From assembly GCF_018977255.1 (NCBI RefSeq), contig NW_024704743.1, positions 72,790,001 to 72,854,000 on the forward strand: DNA of 64,000 nt, written 5' to 3'. Shown here piece by piece: positions 51,226-62,490 of the stretch. Made by a program: the position numbers and the translations under genes. A model generated the notes under the pieces. It searched no databases. It saw nothing but the letters and a program-made list of their open reading frames with translations, and had not been told where the DNA came from. Source of the stretch: Callorhinchus milii. Its lineage: Eukaryota. Position 1 is the first letter of the stretch, and each line of letters starts with the position of its first letter.

Positions 51226-53660
51226 AAAAAGCATGTATGTAAAGAAAGCATGTATGAGGCGGACTGCAGTTTGAGACAGTGTCGGAGCCGGGCGATGTTG
51301 CGGAGGTGGACGAAGGCAGAGTGGGTCATAGCGTAGATGAGAGGCGCTGACGGGAGCCAATTAGGAGATTGACCCTCTGGTTGACGTTCAACTGAAGAAA
51401 GTTAACTCTCGTCCAGGACTTGATGTCTGACAGACGTTCTGTCAGCACAGCAGTGGTCCTGAGTCAAGGGTGGAGGCAGAGAGGTCGAGTTGGGTGTCAT
51501 CTACATACATGTGAAAGTTGACCCCATGTCTGCGGATGATGTCACCAAACGTAAGCATATAGATAGTGAAGAGGAGGGGACCAAGGACAGATCCCTGAGG
51601 AACACCGCACAAGGCGGTCCGGGAGTTAGAGGAGAAGCCATTTGAGGAGATGAAGTGCAGGCCGTGTAAGAGATACGATCTGAACCAATCAAGGACAGCA
51701 CCGTGGAGTCTGAGGTGAGAGAAGAGGCGGTGGACGAGGATAGAATGGTCGACGGAGTTGAAAGTAGAAGAGAGATCAAGGAGGATGAGGAGGCAGAGGG
51801 AGCCCTGGTCACAGATGGACAGAATGTCAAATGTCACTTTGACCAGGTCTGTTTCTGTGCCGTGGGCAGCACGGAAACCCGATTGGAGGGGTTCGTGAAG
51901 AGAGTGGCGGTAGAGGAAGAAATGAAGCTGAGCAGCAGCAACTCATTTCATGACCTTGGAGAGGAAGGGGAGGTTGGAGATGGGACAATAGTTAGGGAGT
52001 AGAGAAGGGTCCAGGGAGGGTTTTTAAGGATAGGAGTGATGACAGCGGTTTTTAATGGGGTGGGAACAGTACCAGAGGACAGGGAGAGGTTTACGATGTC
52101 AGTGAGTAGAGGGACAAGGAGGTGGAGCTGGGAGGTAAGGAGGGGTCGAGGGAGCAGGTGGTGGGTTTCATGCGGGTTATGTTGGTGATGAGAGAGGAGG
52201 GGGAGACGGGATCGAAGGTGTGAAGGGTGGGTAGGGGGTGGGGTGGGAGGAGGAGATGGGGAGGGGGTAGCAGTGGCAGAGGCAGCTGAGCAGATTCCCT
52301 CGACGTTGGATTCGAGGAAGACCAGTATTGCCCTCACAGTTGGCATTTGAGGTGAGGATGGGTGAGGCGTGAGAGGGTGGGCGGAGGAGCCGGTTCATGA
52401 TGGAGAAGAGGAGCCTGGGTTGTCCTTAGTCTCCAAGCTTGTCTTGGAGTAGAACGATGGTATTGCAGAATGCGGAGCGGTAGGATTTGACGTGGTCCAG
52501 CCAAATCTGCCGATGGAGAGTTAGGTTTGATTTTAGGCCAGGTGCGCTCAGCAGAACACACCTGGGCTTTAAGGGAGTGGAGGTAGCTGATGTACCAAGG
52601 TGATTTGCATGAGCAGGAGATGGTTCGGGAAGAGAGGGGAACGAGAGAATTGAGAGTGGAGGAGAGGGAGCTGTGGAGAATGGTGACTGAAGAGGATAGG
52701 TCATTGCGGGAGGCCGCCCAGAGGGGAAGGAGTTCAGATGACTCCAAGGCAGCCAAGAGGGAGAGTGGGGAGGAGATATTTTTCCAGGGTGGGTATGAGA
52801 TGGAGGTGGGTTGGGTGACAGGGGATAGGCCGAGCGGGGACCGGGAGATGAGAGCCACACCGCCACCATAGTTGTGGGGTATGGTGGAATGTGTAGCCAG
52901 GTGGTGTGGCCTCTGCCAAGGGGAATGTGTTGCCTGGAGTGATCCAGGTTTCAGTGAGGGCGAGAATGTCGATATGTTCATTGACGATGAGATTTTGGAT
53001 GGTGAGTATTTTATTGGAGAGGGAATGGACATTTTGTAGGCTGATGGGGAGGGGCAGTTGGTGGTGGAAAATGGGGGGGTACTGGCAGGGAGGGTGGGGA
53101 TGTGGATCAGGGAGGAGAGGTTGGCCCCCATGGTTGAGGACTGGTGAGCCTTGCGGCAAGAGAAGAGAATAGGGCAGTCAGAGTGGCTGCTATTAGACAG
53201 CCAGCAGCGACTCCCACGGTGGGCCTGACGGAGGATTCGCAGACTGGAGCAGAGGGAGGAGGGACGGTTGAGCAGAGATAGGAGACGGGGAGGGCGGTGG
53301 GAGAGGAGGATCTAGAGGGAGGAAGTGAGGGTAAAGGACAAGGGCATTATGGGGAAGCAGTTTGGGTCAGTGGCGGCAGCCAAAATGCACACGCCGAGAC
53401 TAAAAGCAAGCGGCGGGGGGTGGGGGTCAGCGAGGCATGGTTAACCCACTGATGAGAGTCATCATGGGGAGAGGGGACAGTGTTATACTCCAGTCAGAGG
53501 TTGAGTAAACTAACCTGACTGTAATATTACTGCACAAAATATGCAGCTCCGCACTTTTATTACCATTTCAACAATTGATAGGCCCAGGTACCTGGATGAT
53601 TATAACCATTTTTAGACAATTATAGATCAAACTTTCTCTCTCCATCAGTAACAGATAATA

Positions 53661-54087
53661 CAGGCAAATGTTGTTATAATGCAGTCACTTGGTAGAAGGT
53701 CTCAATGACTTTGCAGGGTACCTTTAAGTGAGTAAAAATGTCCGTCTTCAGGGTCACTGATGGAAGTGGCACTAATATCACTTTCTGTGCATTACACATG
53801 CACTTTATGCACAGGAAGTTCTTTCATACCTTTCTTAGCAGTGTTTCCAGTCCGCAGACCACATGTGCGCCAAGCAGGAAGTGATATTAGCACTTCTTGT
53901 GGATTGTGCACATCACATGAGGTGACCTGACTACCCAACAACCGAGAAGTCAGCCTCTTTTTTTTGGAGCAGGAAGCTGACTAGTCAAAGCTGGAAGTCA
54001 AGTCTACCACACCTCTGGTTAGCATAGGTCCACAGTAGGTAATCATGGTGGTGTTATATTGAAGAGCATTATAATGGGGTTTCGCTG
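53661..54087. mobile_element. Tigger-like MITE, about 427 bp
   Basis: TA on both flanks; TIRs caggcaaatgttgttataatgc / gcattataatggggtttcgctg; internal inverted repeats. Confidence 0.7.
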
Positions 54088-54284
54088 TATCAGTTAGTCT
54101 TCCCAGAAGGTAAAAATATTTCACAAGCCAATAACCCTCGTAAATAAACAAACTTTATAAATCTGTAATACTCTCTCCCCTATCATTCAAGTAGCACCAG
54201 ATAATATCATAATATAGACAAAGGAAAGGGGTTTCAATCCACCTCACTAGTTCTCTCCCATATCATGCACAACCTTACTTATTA

Positions 54285-54425
54285 TAATAATAAATAATAA
54301 TAATCCTTGCATTTGATATAGCGCCTTATCACGTCTTCGAGGCGTCTCAATACGCATCACAGAATATACTGTCAAGTGAATTGACTGTATTTTGTGGGCA
54401 AAACGCGGCAACCAATTGCGTACAG
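54285..54425 (-). mobile_element. SINE 3' half
   Basis: taatccttgcatttgatatagcgccttatcacgtcttcgag... through to the Deu core. Confidence 0.9.
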
Positions 54426-54449
54426 AAATGTTGCTAGATCCCAGACTCA

Positions 54450-54790
54450 ACAGCAACTACTTTACATTTATATAGCGTCTTTCACATCGGGAGGACATCT
54501 CACCCAAGCTGGGGGCAGTTGTGTGGTCAAAAATAAAGGTCTTAAGGTGACCTACAAAGATGTGAGGGAGGCAGGGAGTCAGTCAGTCAGGTAGAGGGAT
54601 GGAGTTCCAGAGACGGAGGCAGATTGGCTGAAAGCTCAGTCCACCGATGGTGCGGCAGGTCAGATGGGGGACACAAAACAGGTTTTGGCTTAGCAGATGG
54701 AGAGCCGGGAGGTAGGTTTGCAGGAGATCAGGGAGGTAGAAAGACGTAAGGCCATCAATTAAACACAAGTACAAGGATCTTGAATTTGAG
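54450..54790 (-). mobile_element. L2 3' fragment
   Basis: tttcacatcgggaggacatc tail; ggagttccagag; ggatcttgaatt. Confidence 0.8.
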
Positions 54791-55509
54791 TCCAGCTCTT
54801 TTTCAAACAAATTAATTGCAATAGGTGGTTGGGTGAAAATCTCCACTACCAACTCTTCAGTGCTAGGCTGTGTGTATTAAACACCTTGATACTTTTCTTC
54901 TGAATTGACTCCCTTTTTTCTGTTTCATCCCTACTTACTTCCAAAAGCACACATGACTAAGCAGAGACATCCATTTAGATCTAAGGCCACTTATTTTGTT
55001 ATACTGTCGTCTGTTCCCCTTGATGCCTGGACTATACTTGATGCCAGCCTTTTATATTCTGATATTTACTGTTTAGTACCTTTGAGAATGTTCTCAGCCA
55101 ATTCACTCTTATCAGGAATAATCTGTTTACAGCTTGGGATCTGTCATTTTCAAAATCTAAAACACATTTTAGTTAGACTTCTGGCTGCCTTTGAAAATAT
55201 CACTGATGACAGGTTGTGAGATGGTAAAAGTTGCTGTTCAAGGTGAAGGAGAAAATAGAAGAGGCATAAAAAAGAGGAATTAATATCATAAAGGCAAGAC
55301 CCAGAGAGGTTAGGGGGTAAAGAATACAATCTGTACATTTGTTAATATTAGAAACCTTTTTTATAAAATATTGGAATTGGTAGTAATCAGTAATTGCAAT
55401 GTCATATAAATCACAGAACCATGGCTAAACCAAGCTGATGGAAGTGAATACAATTTACAAAGATACAAAGTATTCCAGAAAGCTAGAAGGAACAGAAAAA
55501 AATTATATA

Positions 55510-56120
55510 AAAATAATCCTTAATTTGGTATAGCGCCTTTCATATCAGGAGGATGTTTCAAAGCGATTCACAGGATATATTGTAAAGTGCATGAACTTAG
55601 CAGCCGATTTGCACACGGCAATTTCCCACAAACAGCCATGAAATAAATGACCATGTTGGCCAAGACACTGTGAGAAACTTGCTTCTCTTTTCAAATAGTG
55701 CCATGGAATCTTTAATGTCCACCTGACCAGGCAGATGGGACCACAGTTTAATGTCTCACCAGAAGAACACCTGGAAGGTTAGAGTTAACATAAGGGCATG
55801 GGAAAGAGGTCCACAGTGACTAACATATCCTTTCCAACCAGATCCATCTCTTGCTAGGGTTGTCAATTGTCCAATGTTGCTAACCACTGGTATCCAAAAT
55901 TTCAAAACTAAAAACTAGACACCTAAAGTTATTTCTGAGATCGAAAGATAATAAAATTGGCCATTTATTTTAGGCCTTTTTGTGGCACATTGCTGTGCGC
56001 AAAGTGACTGCTGCATTTGCCTACTAATACACAGTCACTACACTTCACATTAAAATTTTGTGAAGCACTTTGAAACATCTCAATCACATGTTAAGCCGTT
56101 ATATCAAATGCAAGGATTAA
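55510..56120. mobile_element. Two Deu-type SINE fragments (minus 55510-55760, plus 55960-56120)
   Basis: Deu core and L2-like tails in opposite orientations. Confidence 0.75.
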
Positions 56121-56734
56121 TATGAAACAATTTTCCCCAATTATTGCTATTCTTGTGGAGGCATTAGTAATTAAGGTTATTAAAAGTTTGCAATTAACTT
56201 CCATTAACAACAAAGTACACCTCATAATTCAAGGCACAATGAAACTTTCTGCTGTGCCACCATGTCGTTTTAACTCAATACAAAAGAAGCAACTCCAGCT
56301 CTTGCTGGAGGAGGAGGTGTGTTATAGTTGAAAAGACCTGCCATAGTGTTTGTTGAGATTAGGACTGCTTTTCCATTCATGATCAAGGTCATCACTGTAA
56401 CTTAGAAGCAATGGTATACTTTACAGCTCCATAACTGTGATCAACACTGTATTAGTTTCATTCTATTCTCAAGGGCAATGTCTCAGTGGCAGTGACATCA
56501 AACTTAAAGTGGTAATTTTCACAGTATGTTGGGCACTGCTGAGTTAATAACAGTTTAACAACTAGGATTCTTAAGTAAGACCTATCATTAGTGGGACAGC
56601 TGTCTTGTGACATCAGTGGACAATAGTTTCTCTTCTATTCTATGCACGTGCTTATCATTTACTAACCCTGAAAGGCAAAGCTCAAATGTAGGGTGGTTCC
56701 AGCTGAACAAGCAGCAGTAAGGCTTGCGAGACAG

Positions 56735-56915
56735 TGCTATTAATGGCAAGCTGTGAAGTTTTAGCTGGTTAAATTCCAGCAGTACCCCAACACACAGTCT
56801 GGGTCCCCAAGCCTACATCTAATAATCTTCTGAATTAGGTAAGCAGGATGTGTCCCTCCAGGGAGAAGGTGCATATTGCATTCCAGACAGGGAAGTTTCC
56901 ATGTGAAGTTGGCAT
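56735..56915. repeat. Unclassified dispersed repeat, copy B
   Basis: aatggcaagct...ttttagctggttaaa...ctaataatcttctgaattaggtaagcagg...tttccatg. Confidence 0.7.
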
Positions 56916-56984
56916 ATATATGTGGACCTCTATCTGCTTTGGATAGTCTTAAGCAAGATGATGGGATTCCGCATGTGTCTGGCC

Positions 56985-57492
56985 CCAATAAAGGCCTTGG
57001 ACGGTCAGGGATTTGTACCCGAGCAGGGGTTGGGCTCAGAAGGGGTAGAGAGCAGGGAGGTCGAAGAGGAGGGTCATGCCTTGAAGGAGGCAAGGGAGGG
57101 AGCGAGGTGAAGAGGTTGTGGGATGGAGCTCCAAAGGGGCAGAGAGGCTGAAGGCCTGACCACTGATGGTGGGGCAGGCCGGCGGACAGGTTGATTTGGC
57201 TTCAGCAGGTCACAGAGGTAGAGCGTGGAGGGTGAGGACAAGGATTTTGAACTCTATCCTCTGAGGGATGGGGAGCCAAGGGAGCCGAGCGAAGGTGGGC
57301 GTGATGGGGTCACAGAGCCTGGTGTGGGAGAGGCCACAAGCTCCAGAGTTCTGGATGATCTGCAGCTTGTAGAGGAAAGAGTTGGAAAGGCTGACAAGCA
57401 GAAAGTTAGCGTAGGCGAGCCTGGGTGTAATAAATGCGTAGATGAGGGTTTCGACGATCTGAGGGGAGAGGTAGTGGCAAAGCCAGACAACT
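56985..57492 (-). mobile_element. L2 3' fragment
   Basis: YAFITPRLAYAN...[15 protein letters not shown]. Confidence 0.9.
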
Positions 57493-58064
57493 AATACAGT
57501 AGCAATTTGAGCTGATGTGTCATACAAAAGAAAATCAGCAAACACAGGACACTAAAATTATATGCACACAAACAAGGTGAAAATGAGAAAATGCTCATAT
57601 TGATCATTAAAACAGACTACTATCTAAATTTGTCACTTTTTGATTCAAACTATAGAAGCATTTTACTCACTAAAGACAGGCTGTCCAGTACCCACACAAC
57701 TGAATGCAAATGAATGTAAATTACCAGGTAGATATACAGTAACTCAATATTCCTGTTTTAATTCAGTTTCAGGTGGGCTTAATTGACAGCTCCTGGATAT
57801 ACAACACTGAAAGTGATCCGATTTGTTTTGGAAATAGCTTTTTAACCAGCCTTCAATATTTAAATACTCACCTTAAATGGATACAGCTTCACAACATTCT
57901 GACTTAAATCAGGTACATATCTTACACAGGATTCATAAATACCTTCAATACCCTCTTGAATTAGCTAAGTGCTTCTGAACAAGAAGGTGCTTCTGAACAG
58001 CTTTGAGCATTGTCACTTTTTGACATATCCCTGTTTGGTACAGGTAACGTGCACAGATCAAACT

Positions 58065-58460
58065 TGATACATGGACTGATACAGCACAGAAACAGGGCTC
58101 TTCAGTCTTGAGAGAAGATGACTCAGAAGTGCACCTCGTAGAGGTTTACAAAATTTTACATGGATTTGAAAAGTAAACCCAGATCAATACTTTAGGATGA
58201 TTCATGACAGTAGAACAAGACGACATAGGATTAGAGTTGTAAAGGGCAGTTTCAGGACAGATACCAGGAAACTTTTCTTTATGCAGAGGATAATGAACAA
58301 CTGGGACAGACTGCCAGGAAATGTGGTAGAGGCCAGGTCACTAAATTCATTTAAAAAGTTACTTGATGCAGTGATGGGAGGACGGAAGGGTGAGTGTTCT
58401 GGAGGAATGAGATTGAATGGACTGAAGGGCCTTCTTCATCCAGACCAATCTTGTTGTTCA
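58065..58460 (+). mobile_element. CR1 3' fragment
   Basis: RTRRHRIRV...RKLFFMQRIMNNWDRLPGNVVEA...FKKLLD. Confidence 0.85.
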
Positions 58461-58469
58461 CTAGTTGTT

Positions 58470-58625
58470 CACCACACACATCTCCCTAGCCCAGGGTGCT
58501 GAAGCCACTTTAGCACACCAACAGTTGCCAATGCTGAGATCAGCAACTCAGCACAGATTGGAATCCTAACCTGCAACTTTCCAACGTGTAAGGCCTTAGT
58601 GCTGTACCAGATGGTGCCTTCGCCA
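58470..58625 (-). mobile_element. Old SINE-like family, 5' part
   Basis: gctgagatcagcaactcagcacaga, reverse complement of the 46815 motif. Confidence 0.6.
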
Positions 58626-58964
58626 TCATGAATTAATCATACTATCTGCCCCTCTTTTCTGGAAAGACAACTGGAGTCTCCTTGGGAATGAGCTAGCATA
58701 TTTTCTGTCATGTTTGGCAACGGAATGTCAGAATCGAGCCAGCCCTCTGTGGTGGTCTCAGTCATGAAGTTCCCAAGCCTCGCGAGTCCTCAGTACTCCA
58801 GGGCACAGACAATGACAGTGCAGCCAGCCTCGCTCACCAACACAAATAGGAGAGGCAGACAGGCACTAGGAGCAGGGATTCTTCCTATTCAGCTCCTGTT
58901 AACCCTGCAAATCAAAGCCCTAACAGGTTGGGTGGGTCATAAATGAACAAACAGCACACAGCGC

Positions 58965-59150
58965 TCTCAATGGCAAGCTATAGTTTTAGCTAGTTAAACT
59001 CAATCAGTATCGCAGCACATATTCCCCAAATTTTAGCTCCTGCCAATCCTTCCCTAATAATTTCTGGAATTAGGTAAGCAGGGTGCTTTATTCATCCAGA
59101 AAGAAAGTGTACACTCCATGGTAGTCGCTTGAAAATTTCCATGCATAATT
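58965..59150. repeat. Unclassified dispersed repeat, copy C
   Basis: aatggcaagctatagttttagctagttaaa...ctaataatttctggaattaggtaagcagg...tttccatg. Confidence 0.7.
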
Positions 59151-59169
59151 CCATGTCTAGCCTTTTATA

Positions 59170-59484
59170 TAATATAATAATCGTTGCATTTGATATAGCG
59201 CTTTTCACGTCTTCTCAACGTCTCAAAGCGCTTCACAGAATATGCAGGTAAAGTGAATTGACCGTATATTTGTGGGCAAAATGCGGCAGCCAATTTCGCA
59301 CAGCAGTGTCCCACAAACAGTCGTGGATGGAAAATGACCAATTTATTATTGTTTTGTTTCGGATGGATTATTATTAGGTGTGTGGAGTAAGGAAACTTAC
59401 CCAAGGTTTCTCCTTGCCTGAAATTGAACCCAGGTGTCTCGGTTGCAAGGCGAGTGCTCTAACCACTGAGCTACAGGGCTCCAC
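59170..59484 (-). mobile_element. tRNA/Deu/L2-tail SINE, short form
   Basis: Full head through tail. Confidence 0.95.
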
Positions 59485-59495
59485 GTGAATATATT

Positions 59496-59874
59496 AATAA
59501 TAATAATCTTTGCATTTGATATAGCGCATTATCAAGTCTTCAAGACATCTCAAAGCGCTTCATACAATATACTGTAAAGTGAATTGACTGTATATTTGTG
59601 GGCGAAACGCGACAGCCAATTGCGCACAGCAATGTCCCACAAACAGCCGTGGATTGAGTGACCAATTCATTATTATTATTTTTCTTTGAAGGAATTATTA
59701 CCCCTGGAAAAACGATCTGCAAATCGACTAAAAAACGGATTCCTACTTACTGCTAGGTAAACAGAGGCATGTGGAGTAAGGAAACTTGCCCAATGTTTCA
59801 CCCTGCCGGGAATCGAACCCAGGTCTCTCGATTGCGAGGTGAGTGCTCTAACCACTGAGCTTCAGGACTCCACA
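59496..59874 (-). mobile_element. tRNA/Deu/L2-tail SINE, long form
   Basis: Full head through tail, in tandem with the previous copy. Confidence 0.95.
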
Positions 59875-61262
59875 GAATTGTGATTAAGGCAGGAATGCTC
59901 ACTTTCCAAATTTCCCATTCTCCCTGTCAGCCCATACATTGGTATCACCCTCCCCAAGAAAACCAGGCTGAAATCAGGAACTTGCATACTGTATCGTCAA
60001 AACGTCATGAGATACAACAACAACTTGGCATTATATAGCGCCCTTCATGTGTGGTAGCATCCCAGATATTACTCTATTGGCCAGTAGTTCAGAATTTGAC
60101 GCATCATTCTCCCATTTTATGTCTCTCACATTTTTCATTACCACCGTTTAGGTAACCATAATACCATATGCTGACAGGATTAACAAATATAAAATTACAC
60201 ACAGGCCACTTTAATTCCAGTGAAATACTGCAGTGTTATTTCAACTTGCTGAATAACCACACTGGAGTCAGCCATAATGCTGGGCAACAGCTGCTGCCTC
60301 ATGTTAATTCAGCTTCAACAGTAGCAACATTGTCTGTGGGTAACTTCCTCTATTTCATTTTTTTCTCTTCCCGATATTGTATTCAATTAATGCAGAATTC
60401 AGACAATATTGCATAGAGTGCTGTGCCTCTAATGGGGAACCCATGTATATGGTTTCAATTAAATACATAAAAATCTATTTAAAGTGCTTTTGACTTGACA
60501 TGGATTCAAAGATGTTTAGGACAGCCTATGCTGTATACTGCATAGAAAAGTGGCCTGTCACTTCCTTTCCCGACTTGTCCCAGAGGGCATTCAGCCGACT
60601 GTACTGTGGCAATGCAGTGTCTCTCTCTTTAGCAGTTATTGGCGAATGTAAAGCGACTTTAAGAGCAAAAATGACAGCACATGGGCTAAGAATGACACAT
60701 AATCTTCCAAACTAAAACACAACAGTATATTAGACAGCACAACACGTCAACATCATTTGTATTTCTCACCTTGGAAAGATCCCATGCTATATCTTATATT
60801 AAAACAGGATATCAATTGCGATGTCAAGAGGCAGGGACACTTAACCGCATCAAAATCTCAGTATTCCCAAGTGCTGGACTGTGATCCACAAATCCACACT
60901 GGGAATGCTGATGCAACCTGCTCCACTGCCATCACTCTTCATGAAGTAAACAACCATCTGTCTTACCTTTTAGTCCTGATATTTTACAGGATATCTTCAC
61001 CTGTACTTAAATGCCTAGAAATGCGGCTGAAATCCAGTCAGGCCAATCACATTCAGTAAATGAACTCAAAATATCTTCCTGCACTGGCAAGCTGAAATAG
61101 TACGGTTATACTACTTAAGGAAAGGGGGATGATGGAGGGAACAACATTACTCCCTTAAATCAACTCTGGCGTAATGCAGTTTAATGTTAAAAGCTGCAAA
61201 CATCAATACAGAGAAATTTAAACAGATAGAGAACAGATTCTTTCTGGACTTATACAGCCTAC

Positions 61263-61382
61263 CTTTGAAATAATGCTCTTAAGAAACAAACCCTATAACG
61301 CGATGAGCTGGTCTGTATAGTTGCAGGGAGGCTGGAATAGCCTGGCTATGCAACATCAATGCAGGCAGAAGTAACCATGCGA
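61263..61382 (-). other. CDK14: Putative alternative first exon of CDK14 (non-coding here; 5' boundary unknown)
   Basis: Minus strand tcg CAT GGT TAC TTC TGC c TGC ATT GAT GTT GCA TAG CCA GGC TAT TCC AGC CTC CCT GCA ACT ATA CAG aligns to the recalled human alternative N-terminus MHGYFGCNAAAEPGYSAFVGTPQ; candidate donor CAAAG|gtaggc at 61263/61262. Confidence 0.65.
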
Positions 61383-61689
61383 ATTCTATGCTACTGTGAC
61401 TAANTTTTTTAAAGGAAAGGAAATGCAAGATTTATTTGCAGCACAGCTAATAGCAACTGCCTAAGAATACAATCATATTCTCAGTTACTTGTAGCATTCT
61501 AAATACAATACATCTGTTTTATGGAAAATTCCAGGCAAAAGTAGCATGTAAATGGTATGGGGCCGGAAGCATACTTTGCATTCTTAATAAGACTTATTCA
61601 GCATTTAGACTGTAATTAGTACTCAAGTAACGCTGTGTGCAGCATTGTTGTGGCAAGAGGACCTTTTTAAAATTAAAAAGCACAAACGA

Positions 61690-61852
61690 GAATCATATCA
61701 TAGAATCATAAAATTATACAGCACAGAAGGAGGCCACTCGGCCCATCGTGTCTGTGCTGGCTCTTTGAAAAGAGCAATCCAAATCAATCCCATTCCCCCG
61801 CGCTCTCCCCATAGCCCTACAAGTTTGTCCTCTCCAAATAATTATCTAAATG
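61690..61852 (-). mobile_element. CR1 3' end fragment
   Basis: atcatagaatcat...cagcacagaaggaggccactcggcccatcg, same family as 50519 and 9938. Confidence 0.85.
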
Positions 61853-62142
61853 CATAAAGCTTCTATAAAGCATATATAATGCTTTATAGCATTATGTTCC
61901 ATTTGTCCCAATTCCTGAATATTTAGTAAGTAATTGGAAAACTAATCAAATTCATAATCAGAGACTAAATGGAAGAGTACCTGATTGAAATTAACCTAAT
62001 AAATGGCAGTCACAATGCTTCATAAGAAATAAATCTTTTCTGGCCAACCTCAGACCATAGGAAGCTATATAATGCAGTATACCTGAACTTTGAAAAGTCC
62101 TTTTGTTAATATACCACACAAGAGACTCTTACAAATTGTACA

Positions 62143-62490
62143 GAGTCCCATAGTGTAGTGGATAGCACGCTAGCCTCGCAAAGGAGAGGATCTGAGTTCG
62201 ATTCCCGGGCAGAGCGAAACCCTAAGCAAGTTTCCTTACTCCACACGCCTCGCAGTAAGTAGGAACCGCTTGACCAATTGCTTTCCAGGGGTAACAATCC
62301 TTTCCAAAAAAAATTTGGAGGGGGGTTAACTCAATCCACACCTGTTTATGGGACACTGCTGTGTTCAATTAGCTGCCATTTTTTGTCCACAAAATACAGT
62401 CAATCCACTTGACAATATATCCCGTGAAACGCTTTGAGACATCTCAAGGATGTGATAAGGCACAATATTAAATGTTAGGAATATAATTAT
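62143..62490 (+). mobile_element. tRNA/Deu/L2-tail SINE with a variant tRNA head
   Basis: Head gagtcccatagtgtagtggatagcacgc, B box gagttcgattcc, same body and tail as the other copies. Confidence 0.9.

Larger units (their letters stand above)
50011..53440 (-). mobile_element. Long L2 LINE relic (APE endonuclease + RT), interrupted by CR1 and SINE
   Basis: APE motifs LQNVHSLSNK...IDILALTETWI...PPGY at 52734-53159; [35 protein letters not shown]; (TTG)n tail at 50011. Confidence 0.95.
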
